Source of the DNA: Pseudomonadota bacterium
GTDB lineage: Bacteria; Myxococcota_A; UBA796; UBA2385
Length of the DNA stretch: 33,129 bases
Assembly (NCBI GenBank): GCA_046051725.1
Contig: JBJONS010000031.1
Location: forward strand, 1 to 33,129
Direction of reading: 5' to 3'
The position numbers were made by a program, and so were the translations under genes. Positions 1-8,619 of the stretch are shown in pieces (positions within the stretch are counted from its first letter, which is position 1; each line of letters opens with the position of its first letter). Below the pieces are notes generated by a model. That model worked only from the letters and a program-made list of their open reading frames with translations. It was not told the origin of the DNA and made no database searches.

Positions 1-21
1 CAGCACGAGCTGGGGGGACAT
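1..21 (-). CDS. 5' end of a divergent gene running off the left edge (MSPQLVL...)
   Basis: The minus strand reads AGGAG-ctcc-ATG TCC CCC CAG CTC GTG CTG, with ATG at 21-19. Only 7 codons are visible. Confidence 0.5.
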
Positions 22-309
22 GGAGCTCCTGAGCGGGCGGGGGGCGCGCGCTGGGTGTGTCTCGGGGGCCCGGGGCAGGATCTGGGCCGCGTGCACGGGG
101 TCTGCGTCGGGTGTCGGTGGACCAGCGGGCCGGCGGGCTCACCCGCTTGCTCGACCCGACCCTTTGCGAAACACGCCTTGCTTGACGTCATTATCGGAGA
201 GGACCGAGGCCGAGGAGGGCCGCCGCTGGGGCCGGACAGCCGCCGGAGCGGCGGGCCGGGCGGGCGGGCGGCGCCGCTCCAACCACCTGCAAACCTTATA
301 CGGCCAGGC

Positions 310-339
310 TGGACGACATGCAAACAGTTTGGATAGACT
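310..339 (+). promoter_or_regulatory. Putative sigma70-type promoter of the carotenoid operon with a palindrome in the spacer
   Basis: TGGACG (310-315), 18 nt spacer, TAGACT (334-339), in an AT-richer patch. A perfect inverted repeat CAAAC-A-GTTTG lies at 321-331. Confidence 0.4.
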
Positions 340-373
340 TTCGCAGCGGGGCCGGCGCCCTGCCGGAGGCCCC

Positions 374-1522
374 CTGATCGCGCTCTGCCCGGCCGACCTG
401 CCGCCCAGCCCCGCGCCCCTGCGCGCGCCCGGCGGCTTCACGTGGTTCTACGTCGACCTGGTCGACGATCAGGGGCAGGCCGCGACGCTGATCTGGTCTT
501 GGGGCCTGCCCTTCTTGCCGGGCTACGCCAGCGCCGCCCGCGCCGGGCGGGCCCAGCTCCCGCTCGACCGGCCGAGCGTCAACCTTGTGCTCTACAGCAA
601 CGGCCAGGAGCGCTTTTACCTCCTGTCCGAGCTGCCGGCCGAGGCCGCGACCTGGGGTGCCGACGGCCGAAGCTGGCAGCTCGGCGGCTGCCGCTTCACG
701 TGGGTGGACGAAGCCGCTGCAGACGGCGGCGCGCCCACCCGCGCGCTCGAGGCCACGCTCGACCTGCCCCTGCCCACCGGGGGCCGCGCCCAAGGCCGGC
801 TCTGGCTGCGGGGCCCCCTGCGCCGCGATCCGGCGCAGGCGACCGGCGCCACGACCGCCGCCGAGGACCCCGGCTGCACCCACAAGTGGACGCCGATGGT
901 CGCGGCCGGCGCGGGCGGGCTCGACCTGCGCTGGCCCGGCGGCGAGGCGACCCTGCGCGGCCGGGCCTACCACGACCGCAACAGCGCCGAGCAGCCCCTT
1001 CACGCGCTGGGCATCCAGAGCTGGTGGTGGGGCCGCCTCGCGCTGCCCGGCCGCGAGCTCATTTTCTACCAGCTGCTGCCGGCGGCGCCGGGCGCCCGCC
1101 CCCGCGATCTGGTCGTCGAGATCACCGACCAGGGCGCCACCCGCGTGCAAGAGGACGCCGGGCTGCAGGTGCAGCAGCTCCAGCGCAGCCTCTGGGGGCT
1201 GTCGTGGCCGCGGGCGGCCCACTTCCCCGACCCCGACGGGGCCCGGGTCGAGGTCCGGGTCGAGGCGGTGCTCGACGACGGCCCGTTCTACCAGCGCTAC
1301 TTGCTCCACGGCCGCTGCGGCGACCAGACCGGGCGGGGCATCGGCGAGAACGTCGTCCCTGACCGGGTCGACACCGATCTCTTGCGCCCGCTGGTCTCGA
1401 TGCGGGTCCACCGCAGCGCCGGCCCGAACTCGATGTGGCTGCCGCTGTTCTCGGGGGATCGGCGGGGGCGCTGGCCCCGGCTGCTCGGCCTGCGGGCCGA
1501 CCCGAGCGGGGCAGCGGGTTGA
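374..1522 (+). CDS. crtC: Carotenoid 1,2-hydratase (CrtC-like, lipocalin-like fold)
   Basis: Motifs PGGFTWFYVDLVDD, LIWSWGLPF, GRAYHDRN, WWWGR and DDGPFYQRY are typical of the CrtC/hydroxyneurosporene synthase family, and the gene context is carotenoid. The start is inferred at CTG 374 after GGAGG; the ORF-track start at 20 is not plausible. Confidence 0.75.
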   Translation: MIALCPADLPPSPAPLRAPGGFTWFYVDLVDDQGQAATLIWSWGLPFLPGYASAARAGRAQLPLDRPSVNLVLYSNGQERFYLLSELPAEAATWGADGRSWQLGGCRFTWVDEAAADGGAPTRALEATLDLPLPTGGRAQGRLWLRGPLRRDPAQATGATTAAEDPGCTHKWTPMVAAGAGGLDLRWPGGEATLRGRAYHDRNSAEQPLHALGIQSWWWGRLALPGRELIFYQLLPAAPGARPRDLVVEITDQGATRVQEDAGLQVQQLQRSLWGLSWPRAAHFPDPDGARVEVRVEAVLDDGPFYQRYLLHGRCGDQTGRGIGENVVPDRVDTDLLRPLVSMRVHRSAGPNSMWLPLFSGDRRGRWPRLLGLRADPSGAAG

Positions 1523-1583
1523 GCCCGCGACCGGCCCGCCCGGCCCCGCCGGCCCCTCCCTCCTCACCGACCGCGGAGGCCCC

Positions 1584-2801
1584 GTGCTGCCTGCCCTGAC
1601 CGCGCTCCTCGCCCCGCTCTGGGACGACCCGGCGCGCTTCTCCTTGGCGGCCATCCTGGCGATCCCTCCGCTTGGGCCGCTGCTCTTCGTGCTCATCAAC
1701 GCGCTCAGCTGGACCCGCGGCCGCCCGCTGCCCGCCCCCGCCGGCCTCGGCCCGGTCAGCGTGCTCATCCCGGCCCGCGACGAGGTCGCCAACATCGAGC
1801 GCTGCGTGCGGGCGGTCGACGCGGCCGAGGGCCCGATCGCCGAGATCATCGTCTACGACGATGGATCCACCGATGGCACCTCAGAGGTGCTCGCGCGGCT
1901 GCAGGCCGAGCTGCCCCGCCTGCGGGTGCTGCGCGGCGCCGGCCTGCCTCCCGGCTGGGTCGGCAAGGTCCACGCCTGCCACCAGCTCACCGCCCACGCC
2001 ACCGCGCCGCTGCTGCTGCACCTCGACGCCGACGTCAGCCTCGCGCCCGACGGCCTGCTGCGGATGCTCTCGCTGCTGGCCACCCCGGCCCAGGGCCCCG
2101 CCGGGCTCAGCGCGGCGCTGGTCACCGCCGTGCCCCGGCAGCGCACCGGCAGCCTCGCCGAGCGCCTGATGATGCCGCTGCTGCACCTGTCCTACGCCGC
2201 TTGGCTGCCGCTGCAGCTCATCCACCTCGTGTCCGACCCGCGGGTGCTCGCCGCCAACGGCCAGCTCTTGCTCGTGCGGCGCGGGGCCCTCGACGCGGTG
2301 GGGGGCTGGGCCCGGGTCCGCGCGGCGGTGGTCGACGACATGGCCCTGTGCCGTGCCGTCAAAGAGAGCGGCCAGCGCGTTGTCTTCGCCGATGGCGACC
2401 AGATGGCGACCTGCCGCATGTACGAGGACGCCGGGGCCCTCTGGCGCGGCTTCTCCAAGAACTTCTACGAGGGCATCGGCGGGCGTCCCTTCGCGCTCAT
2501 CCTTGTGATCGCCCTCCATATCGGTCTGTTCGTCCTCCCCTACGGCGGTCTCGCCGTCGCGTGGGCGGGCGGGGCCCCCGATCTGGCCCTCGCCGCCGGG
2601 GTGGGCGTCGCTGCGAACGTCCTTCTGCGCGCTGTTCTCGCGCTGCGCCACCACCACGGGCCGCTGAGCGTGGCCCTGCACCCCATCGCGGTGCTCGGCA
2701 TGATGGCCGTGCTGCTCAACAGCGCCTGGTGGAGCCGCAAGGGCGCGATCCAGTGGAGGGGGCGCAGCTACGCCGCCCGCGCCGCCCGGGAGGCCGCGTG
2801 A
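1584..2801 (+). CDS. GT2 family glycosyltransferase, carotenoid glucosyltransferase-like (CruC/CrtQ-like)
   Basis: VSVLIPARDE, YDDGSTDGT, GWVGKVHAC, LDADV (DxD), ANGQ, VDDM, CRMY and WRGFSKN motifs, C-terminal TM helices and WRGR. GTG start after GGAGG. Confidence 0.9.
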   Translation: MLPALTALLAPLWDDPARFSLAAILAIPPLGPLLFVLINALSWTRGRPLPAPAGLGPVSVLIPARDEVANIERCVRAVDAAEGPIAEIIVYDDGSTDGTSEVLARLQAELPRLRVLRGAGLPPGWVGKVHACHQLTAHATAPLLLHLDADVSLAPDGLLRMLSLLATPAQGPAGLSAALVTAVPRQRTGSLAERLMMPLLHLSYAAWLPLQLIHLVSDPRVLAANGQLLLVRRGALDAVGGWARVRAAVVDDMALCRAVKESGQRVVFADGDQMATCRMYEDAGALWRGFSKNFYEGIGGRPFALILVIALHIGLFVLPYGGLAVAWAGGAPDLALAAGVGVAANVLLRAVLALRHHHGPLSVALHPIAVLGMMAVLLNSAWWSRKGAIQWRGRSYAARAAREAA

Positions 2802-3625
2802 ACCCCCGCGATCCGGCCGCCGACGCCGCCGCGCTGGCCAAGGCCGGCGACAGCCGCCGGCCCTGGTTCGCCCGCCTCGCCCGCGGCTATGTGCGCCGAA
2901 AAGTGGCCGCCGAGCTCGATGGTCTGTGGGTGCGCGGCCTCGACGAGGCCCGCGCCGCCCTGCGAGACCGCCCCCTGCTGCTCGCCGCCAACCACGTCGC
3001 CTGGTGGGATCCCTTGCTGGTGCTGCTGCTCGACGAGGCGCTCGGCGGGCTCGGCTGGGCGGTGATGGACGCCGAGAACCTGCGCAAGCTGCCCTTCCTC
3101 GGCTGGGTGGGGGCGCTGCCCCTCGACCGCAGCAGCCCGACCCGCAGCCGGGCGGGCCTCGAGGCCTCGGCCGCCTTGCTCGACCGGCCGGGGCGCGCGG
3201 TCTGGGTCTTCCCCCAGGGGCGGCAGCGGCCGGCGCACCTGCGCCCGCTCGACCTGCGGCCCGGCCTGCGCCTGATGCACGCCCACGCCCCGGTCGACCT
3301 CATCGCGGTCAGCCTCTCCTACGTCTTTTTGGAGCAGAGCCGGCCCGCCGCGGTGGTGCGCTTCTCCGCCCCCCTGTCGGGCGCGGCGGTCGGCGGCCGG
3401 GCCTTGCTGCCGGCGGTCGAGGGGGCCCTGCTCGCGGGCCTCGACGAGATTGACGCCGCAGCGGTCATCGCGACCGACGGCGGCCGGGCGCGCAGCCACC
3501 CGGCCGACCCCCTGCCCGGTTTTGCGGCCCTGGTGCCCCCGCGCGGCGCGGCGGCCCAGGACGGCGCCGGCGGCCAGCTGCTGCGGCGCCTCGGCGGCGG
3601 AGGTGCCCGTGTCCACAGCGCCTGA
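2798..3625 (+). CDS. Lysophospholipid-acyltransferase-family protein, probable carotenoid glycoside acyltransferase (CruD-like)
   Basis: ANHVAWWD (HX4D) and VFPQG motifs. The GTG start overlaps the GT2 stop (GTGA). Confidence 0.85.
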   Translation: MNPRDPAADAAALAKAGDSRRPWFARLARGYVRRKVAAELDGLWVRGLDEARAALRDRPLLLAANHVAWWDPLLVLLLDEALGGLGWAVMDAENLRKLPFLGWVGALPLDRSSPTRSRAGLEASAALLDRPGRAVWVFPQGRQRPAHLRPLDLRPGLRLMHAHAPVDLIAVSLSYVFLEQSRPAAVVRFSAPLSGAAVGGRALLPAVEGALLAGLDEIDAAAVIATDGGRARSHPADPLPGFAALVPPRGAAAQDGAGGQLLRRLGGGGARVHSA

Positions 3626-5114
3626 AGCCCTCGTGATCGGCGCCGGGGTCGGCGGTCTCGCCGCGGCCCTGGCCTTGGCTGGCCGCGGCCTGCGCGTGCG
3701 GGTGCTCGAGGCCGGCGACCGGCCCGGCGGCAAGGCCGGCGTGGTCGTGCTCGACGGCGTCGAGGTCGACACCGGCCCGAGCGTGCTGACCCTGCCCGAG
3801 GTCTTCGGGCGGCTCTTCGCCCGGGTCGGGCGCCCGCTCGACGCGGCGGTGCGGCTGCGCCCGCTCGACCCCGGCTTTCGCTACCGCTGGCCCGACGGCG
3901 CCCAGCTCGACGTGGCCCACCACCCCGAGCAGACCCTCGCCGCGGTGCGGGCGGCCTTCGGCGGGCAGGCGGAGGCCGAGCTGGCCGCGTTCTTGGCCTA
4001 CAGCGCGTCGATCTGGGACGCCGCGGCCCCGCACTTCGTCTACGGCCCGGCCCCGACCTGGGCGGCGATGGCCGGCCTCGCGCTGCGCCACACCGGCGCC
4101 CTGCTCGCGGTCGACCCGCTGCGCAGCATGGGCGGCGGCATCGACCGCTGGGTGCGCGAGCCCCACCTGCGCCTGCTGCTGCGCCGCTACGCGACCTACA
4201 ACGGCAGCGACCCGCGCCAAGCGCCGGCCACGCTCAACTGCATCGCCCACGTCGAGCTGGCGCTCGGCGGCTTTGGCGTCGAGGGCGGCATCTTCGCCTT
4301 GGTCCGGGCGATGGTCGAGGCCATCGAGGCGGCCGGCGGCGCGGTCGAGACCGGGGCGCGGGTCGAGCGCCTGCTGGTCGAGGGCGGGCGGGTGGTCGGC
4401 GCCCGCTGCGCCGACGGCGCGGTGCACCGGGCGGCGGTGGTCGTCGTGAACGCCGACGTGGGCGCGTTTTCGGGCGGGCTGCTGCCCGAGGCTGCGCCCC
4501 ACCTGCCGACCGCGGCCGCGCCGTCGATGTCGGGCTGGACTGGCGTGCTGTCTGCGGCATTGGGCCCCGCGCGGCTGCCCCACGAGGTGCTGTTCCCGGT
4601 CGACTACACCGAAGAGTTCGCCGACATCTTCGACCGCGACCGCCCGCCCCAAGACCCGACCGTCTACCTCTGCGCGCAGGCCCGCTGCCACGGGCGGGCC
4701 GGCTGGCCGGGCGCAGAGCCGGTCTTCCTCATGGCCAACGCACCGGCCGAGCCGGCGGCCGGACCGCGTGACCCGGCGGTCTGGGCGGCGCTCGAGGCGC
4801 GGGTCGAGGAGCGGCTGCGCGCCGCGGGCCTCTGGGGCGCCGACGACCGGCTGCTGTGGCGGCGGGACCCCGGCCAGCTCGCCGCCCAGCTGCCCGGCAG
4901 CCGCGGGGCGATCTACGGCGCGGCCAGCAATGATCGCTTCGCCGCCTTCAAGCGCCCGCCCAACCGGGTCGGCGGCCTCGGCGGCCTCTACCTCGCCTCG
5001 GGCAGCGCCCACCCCGGCGGCGGGCTGCCGATGGTGGCGCTCTCGGGCCTCGCTGCGGCAGACTGCGCCGCGGCCGACCTCGGCCTCCCCCCTCTGGCCC
5101 CCGCGGCGAGGTGA
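3609..5114 (+). CDS. crtD: Phytoene-desaturase-family FAD oxidoreductase, probably 1-hydroxycarotenoid 3,4-desaturase
   Basis: GAGVGG Rossmann motif, GGKAG, DTGPSVLTLP, RYATYNGSDP and GSAHPGGGLPMVALSG. GGAGGT RBS before GTG 3609. The family is secure; CrtD specificity is inferred from the adjacent crtC. Confidence 0.7.
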   Translation: MSTAPEALVIGAGVGGLAAALALAGRGLRVRVLEAGDRPGGKAGVVVLDGVEVDTGPSVLTLPEVFGRLFARVGRPLDAAVRLRPLDPGFRYRWPDGAQLDVAHHPEQTLAAVRAAFGGQAEAELAAFLAYSASIWDAAAPHFVYGPAPTWAAMAGLALRHTGALLAVDPLRSMGGGIDRWVREPHLRLLLRRYATYNGSDPRQAPATLNCIAHVELALGGFGVEGGIFALVRAMVEAIEAAGGAVETGARVERLLVEGGRVVGARCADGAVHRAAVVVVNADVGAFSGGLLPEAAPHLPTAAAPSMSGWTGVLSAALGPARLPHEVLFPVDYTEEFADIFDRDRPPQDPTVYLCAQARCHGRAGWPGAEPVFLMANAPAEPAAGPRDPAVWAALEARVEERLRAAGLWGADDRLLWRRDPGQLAAQLPGSRGAIYGAASNDRFAAFKRPPNRVGGLGGLYLASGSAHPGGGLPMVALSGLAAADCAAADLGLPPLAPAAR

Positions 5115-5884
5115 CTGTGACGCGGCTCTCCACCCTGGCCCTGGCCCTGGCGGCCGCCTGCGCGCTGCTCTGGGCCGGCCCGGCCTCCGCCTCCACCGAG
5201 CTGGCCCCCGGCCGCTACGGGATGGAGCTGGTGGTGGCCACCTTCGCCCGGGTGCCGGTGCTCGGCGAGAGCCGCGGCAGCAGCGTGAGCCTGCTGCTCG
5301 TCGATCTCGCAGAGGGGCCCGATGGCCAGCTGCGCGCCACCCAGCAGGTCTGCACCGTCGAGATGCGCGGGGCCGGAGAGCGCGCCCAGATGCGCCTCAG
5401 CGACGGTTTTTTGCGCGCGCAGGGCAAAAAGAGCTGGACGGTGCGCCTCGCCGAAGACGGCGCGATGGTCGCTGATCTCGGCGTGGACCACGTCGGCTTC
5501 GCGCCCAGCGGCCGCGACAGCCCGGTGCCCAAGCGGGCCACCGACCCGGGCGTGATCGACTGGGACAAGGACGGCCGCCCCGGCGCCACGATCCTGCTGC
5601 GGGCCCCGGTCCTGGGCGATGTCGAGCTCTACGTCGCCCAGCGCGCCCATGTGCGCCTGCGGGGCCGCGCGCTGCCCGAGGGCGGGGCCGAGGGCGCGGT
5701 CGAGGTGCTGCGCTTTGAGCAGCACACCATCGGCAGCAGCCACCGCCTCTTCGACACCTCTCCCGAGATGTGGCCCGACCCGGGCGCGAGCGGCTTCGCG
5801 CTCTGGCCGGCGCCGCCGGGCACAGGGTGCGGAGGGCTTCGGGCGGCCCGCTGCGGCGGCGACACCGGGAGCTGCAGCCGCTGA
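5111..5884 (+). CDS. Secreted hypothetical protein, beta-rich, with a DWDKDGRPG motif
   Basis: Signal peptide (RLSTLALALAAACALLWAGPASA). GTGA overlap with the crtD stop. GC3-biased codons. Cys-containing C-terminus. Confidence 0.75.
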   Translation: MTVTRLSTLALALAAACALLWAGPASASTELAPGRYGMELVVATFARVPVLGESRGSSVSLLLVDLAEGPDGQLRATQQVCTVEMRGAGERAQMRLSDGFLRAQGKKSWTVRLAEDGAMVADLGVDHVGFAPSGRDSPVPKRATDPGVIDWDKDGRPGATILLRAPVLGDVELYVAQRAHVRLRGRALPEGGAEGAVEVLRFEQHTIGSSHRLFDTSPEMWPDPGASGFALWPAPPGTGCGGLRAARCGGDTGSCSR

Positions 5885-5914
5885 CCACGCCGATGACCAC
5901 GCTGAAGACCACGC
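5883..5914 (+). repeat. Three copies of GACCACGC with a 12-bp period
   Basis: Copies start at 5883, 5895 and 5907. Confidence 0.8.
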
Positions 5915-5957
5915 AGACCCGGGTGCGAGGCGCTGCGATGGACCCCACGTCTCGGCT

Positions 5958-5966
5958 TGCTATGCT
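5958..5966 (+). promoter_or_regulatory. Putative extended -10 promoter of the kinase gene
   Basis: TG-C-TATGCT about 25 nt upstream of ATG 5991. A possible -35 (TGGACC) lies at 5939-5944. Confidence 0.45.
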
Positions 5967-5990
5967 GGGCGCCCACCTTGGAGCTCGCCC

Positions 5991-8606
5991 ATGACCGCGC
6001 CGGAGCACGACAGCCTGTCGAGCACGGGCGGCGGTCCCACCGCGACGGTCGAGCTCGACACCGGCGGTGTCCAGCAGGTCGAGCCCAGCGCCGCCCCGCC
6101 CTCGGGCGCCCCGGTCGGGCTGCCCGCCCGGTACACGGTGCACGACCGCATCGGCGAGGGCGGCACCTGCGAGGTCTTCCTCGCCGAGGACCGCGAGCTC
6201 GACCGCGTGGTCGCCATCAAGGTGCTGCGGGTCGGCCGGGCGGCGCAGGCCGAGGCGGTCCGCATGCGCTTCTTGGCCGAGGCCCAGGTGACGGCGCGGC
6301 TGCCCCACCCGGGGGTCATCCCGGTCTATGGGCGGGGCGAGCTGCACGACGGCCGGCCGTGGTTCGCGATGAAGTTCGTGCGCGGGCCCACCTTCGGCGA
6401 CGTGATCCGCGAGCTGCACGCCCGCTCGCGCCCGGCGGAGTGGTCCCCGACCTCGACCGGCTGGACGTTTTGGCGCCTCGTCGACGCGCTCGCCCGCTGC
6501 TGCGAGACCATCGCCTACGCCCACAGCGTCAGCGTGATGCACCGCGACCTCAAGCCCAGCAACATCATGCTCGGGCAGTTCGGCGAGGCGCTGGTGATGG
6601 ACTGGGGCCTCGCCAAGCTCGTCGAGGCCGAGGGCCTGCCCACCGCACGGGGGGCGCGGGCGGCCGAGGGCGCGACCCAAGACCTGCTGCTGCAGGCGCT
6701 GCCCCCGCGCCGGGGCGCAGAGGCGGGCAGCCTCAGCCCGCAGACCCACGAGGCCGACAGCCGCCGCACCCACTTCGGCGCTGTGGTGGGCACCCCGCAG
6801 TACATGGCCCCCGAGGTCGCCGCGGGCGGGAGCGCCAACTGCAGCGCCAGGGTCGACATCTACGGGCTCGGCACCCTGCTCTACGAGCTGCTCAGCGGCC
6901 ACGCGCCTTTTCCCACCGACGGGGCGACGGCGGTGGTCCACCTGCGGACCGGCGCCGCGCCCGCGCCGGTCCGGGCCCTGCTCCAGACCCACCCGCGCGT
7001 CCCTGAGGCGCTGGTCGAGGTCTGCGAGCGGGCGATGCACCGCGACCCCTGCGCCCGCTACGAGGACGCCGCCGCGCTCGGCGCCGCGATCCGCGCGTGG
7101 CTCGACGGCTCGGTGCGCCTGCGCCAAGCCCTCGCCATGGTGGATGAGGCCCGCTCCCGCGGGGACCGCGCCGCCGCCGTCGCCGTCCGCGCCGAGGGGC
7201 TGCGCCAAGCGGCGCGCCGCATGCTCGAGGGCGTGCGCGACTTTGACCCGGTCGAGCGCAAGGTCGAGGCCTGGGCGGCTGAGGATGAGGCCCTGGTCCT
7301 CGACTTGGAGGCGGCCGAGCTGCGGGCCGCGATGCTCGAGCGGGCCCGCTCTGCGCTGTCCTTGGTGCCCGAGCTGCGCGAGGCCCACGACCTGCTCGCC
7401 GCGCACCACGCCGAGCAGCTGCTGGCCGCCGAGGCCCAGGGCGACGGCGGCGCCGCGATCCTCCACGAGCAGGCGCTGCGGCAGCATGATCGCGGCCCCT
7501 ACGCCCGCCTGCTCGCCGGCGAGGCCGAGCTCACCCTGCGGACCGACCCGCCCGGCGCACGGGTCGAGGCCGCCCGGCTGGTGCGCAGCCTGCGCCGCAT
7601 CGTCGAGGAGCCGGTCGGCCCCATCGGGCGCGCCGACGATGGCCCGCTGCGGCTGCACCGGGGCACCTTCCTCTTGAGCGTCCGCGCGCCGGGCTGCGCG
7701 CCGGTCCAGCTCCACGTGCGGCTGCAGCGCTCCGAGCGCTGGGCGCTGCGGCCGCCCGGCGCCGACACAGACCAGATCCTCCGCCTGCCCCGGGCCGATG
7801 AGCTGGGCCCCGACGAGGTCTGGATCCCCCCGGGCTGGTTTGACGCCGGCGGAGACCCCCAAGCGGTCGACAGCCTGCCCGCCGCCCGGGTCTGGGTCGA
7901 CGGCTTCGTCATCGAGCGCGACGCGGTCACCAACGCCCGCTGGCTCGCCTATGTCAACGCGCTGGTCGATGAAGGCGCCTTCGAGCAGGCGCGGGCCGCG
8001 GTCCCCCGGCGCCCCACCGGCGAGGGCGGCGGCCCGGCCTGGCCGCAGGGCCCCGACGGCCACTACAGCCTCCCCGACAGCGGCGCGGGCGCCGACATCG
8101 GGTGGCGCCTCCAGGCGCCGGTGGTGCGGATCTCCTTCGAGGTCGCCCAAGCCTGGTGCCGCTGGACCTCCGTCCGCGAGGGGCTGCCCTGGCGCTTGCC
8201 CCACGAGCTCGAGTGGGAGAAGGCGGCGCGCGGGGTCGACGGGCGCACCTTCCCCTGGGGTGACCACGTCGACGGCACCTGGGCCTGCACCGCCAGCGCC
8301 CACGCCGACGCCAGCGCCATCGCCGAGGTGGGCGCCTACCCCGCCGACCGCAGCCCCTGGGGCCTGCGGGACATGGGCGGCAACGCCCAGTGCTGGTGCG
8401 ACACGCCCTGGTCCTTCGAGGGGCACGGGATCGGCGCGGACGGTCGCCTGCGGCTCGGCGCCGAGGCCGACGGCGACCCCCGCCGCATCATCCGCGGCGG
8501 GGCCTGGAACCAGTCGGCCCAGACCGGCCGCTGCGCCGCCCGCCTCGTGAGCCCCCCCGACCAGTGGTGGAGCGCCGTGGGCGTGCGGCGGGTCCGCAGC
8601 CTCTGA
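5991..8606 (+). CDS. Hanks-type Ser/Thr protein kinase fused to a helical region, a PEGA-like domain and a C-terminal FGE-sulfatase (SUMF1) domain
   Basis: Kinase motifs GEGGTCEV, VAIK, HRDLKPSN, DWG and GTPQYMAPE. PEGA-like LTLRTDPPGARV. FGE motifs RLPHELEWEKAARG, FPWG, SPWGLRDMGGN and RGGAW. GGAG RBS before ATG 5991. Confidence 0.92.
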   Translation: MTAPEHDSLSSTGGGPTATVELDTGGVQQVEPSAAPPSGAPVGLPARYTVHDRIGEGGTCEVFLAEDRELDRVVAIKVLRVGRAAQAEAVRMRFLAEAQVTARLPHPGVIPVYGRGELHDGRPWFAMKFVRGPTFGDVIRELHARSRPAEWSPTSTGWTFWRLVDALARCCETIAYAHSVSVMHRDLKPSNIMLGQFGEALVMDWGLAKLVEAEGLPTARGARAAEGATQDLLLQALPPRRGAEAGSLSPQTHEADSRRTHFGAVVGTPQYMAPEVAAGGSANCSARVDIYGLGTLLYELLSGHAPFPTDGATAVVHLRTGAAPAPVRALLQTHPRVPEALVEVCERAMHRDPCARYEDAAALGAAIRAWLDGSVRLRQALAMVDEARSRGDRAAAVAVRAEGLRQAARRMLEGVRDFDPVERKVEAWAAEDEALVLDLEAAELRAAMLERARSALSLVPELREAHDLLAAHHAEQLLAAEAQGDGGAAILHEQALRQHDRGPYARLLAGEAELTLRTDPPGARVEAARLVRSLRRIVEEPVGPIGRADDGPLRLHRGTFLLSVRAPGCAPVQLHVRLQRSERWALRPPGADTDQILRLPRADELGPDEVWIPPGWFDAGGDPQAVDSLPAARVWVDGFVIERDAVTNARWLAYVNALVDEGAFEQARAAVPRRPTGEGGGPAWPQGPDGHYSLPDSGAGADIGWRLQAPVVRISFEVAQAWCRWTSVREGLPWRLPHELEWEKAARGVDGRTFPWGDHVDGTWACTASAHADASAIAEVGAYPADRSPWGLRDMGGNAQCWCDTPWSFEGHGIGADGRLRLGAEADGDPRRIIRGGAWNQSAQTGRCAARLVSPPDQWWSAVGVRRVRSL

Positions 8607-8619
8607 GGCCGTGTCCGGC

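Noticed and set aside
20-373. N-terminal extension of the crtC ORF from ATG 20
   Set aside because: It is low-complexity, spans the divergent promoter region and overlaps the start of the opposite-strand gene. Similar over-extended starts were trimmed for most other genes.
5883-5920. Short repeats here and at 27435-27485 as a possible CRISPR array
   Set aside because: The units are 12-16 bp with no unique spacers, and there are no cas genes.
5397-8426. 1009-aa minus-strand ORF and the many other overlapping ORFs in the track (for example 296-1849, 15452-17227, 22098-23933, 27534-29594)
   Set aside because: They are antisense or alternate-frame shadows of genes with clear family motifs.
7800-8606. 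Diversity-generating retroelement involving the two FGE domains
   Set aside because: No reverse transcriptase or template repeat is visible in the window, and the two FGE genes are not near-identical at DNA level.
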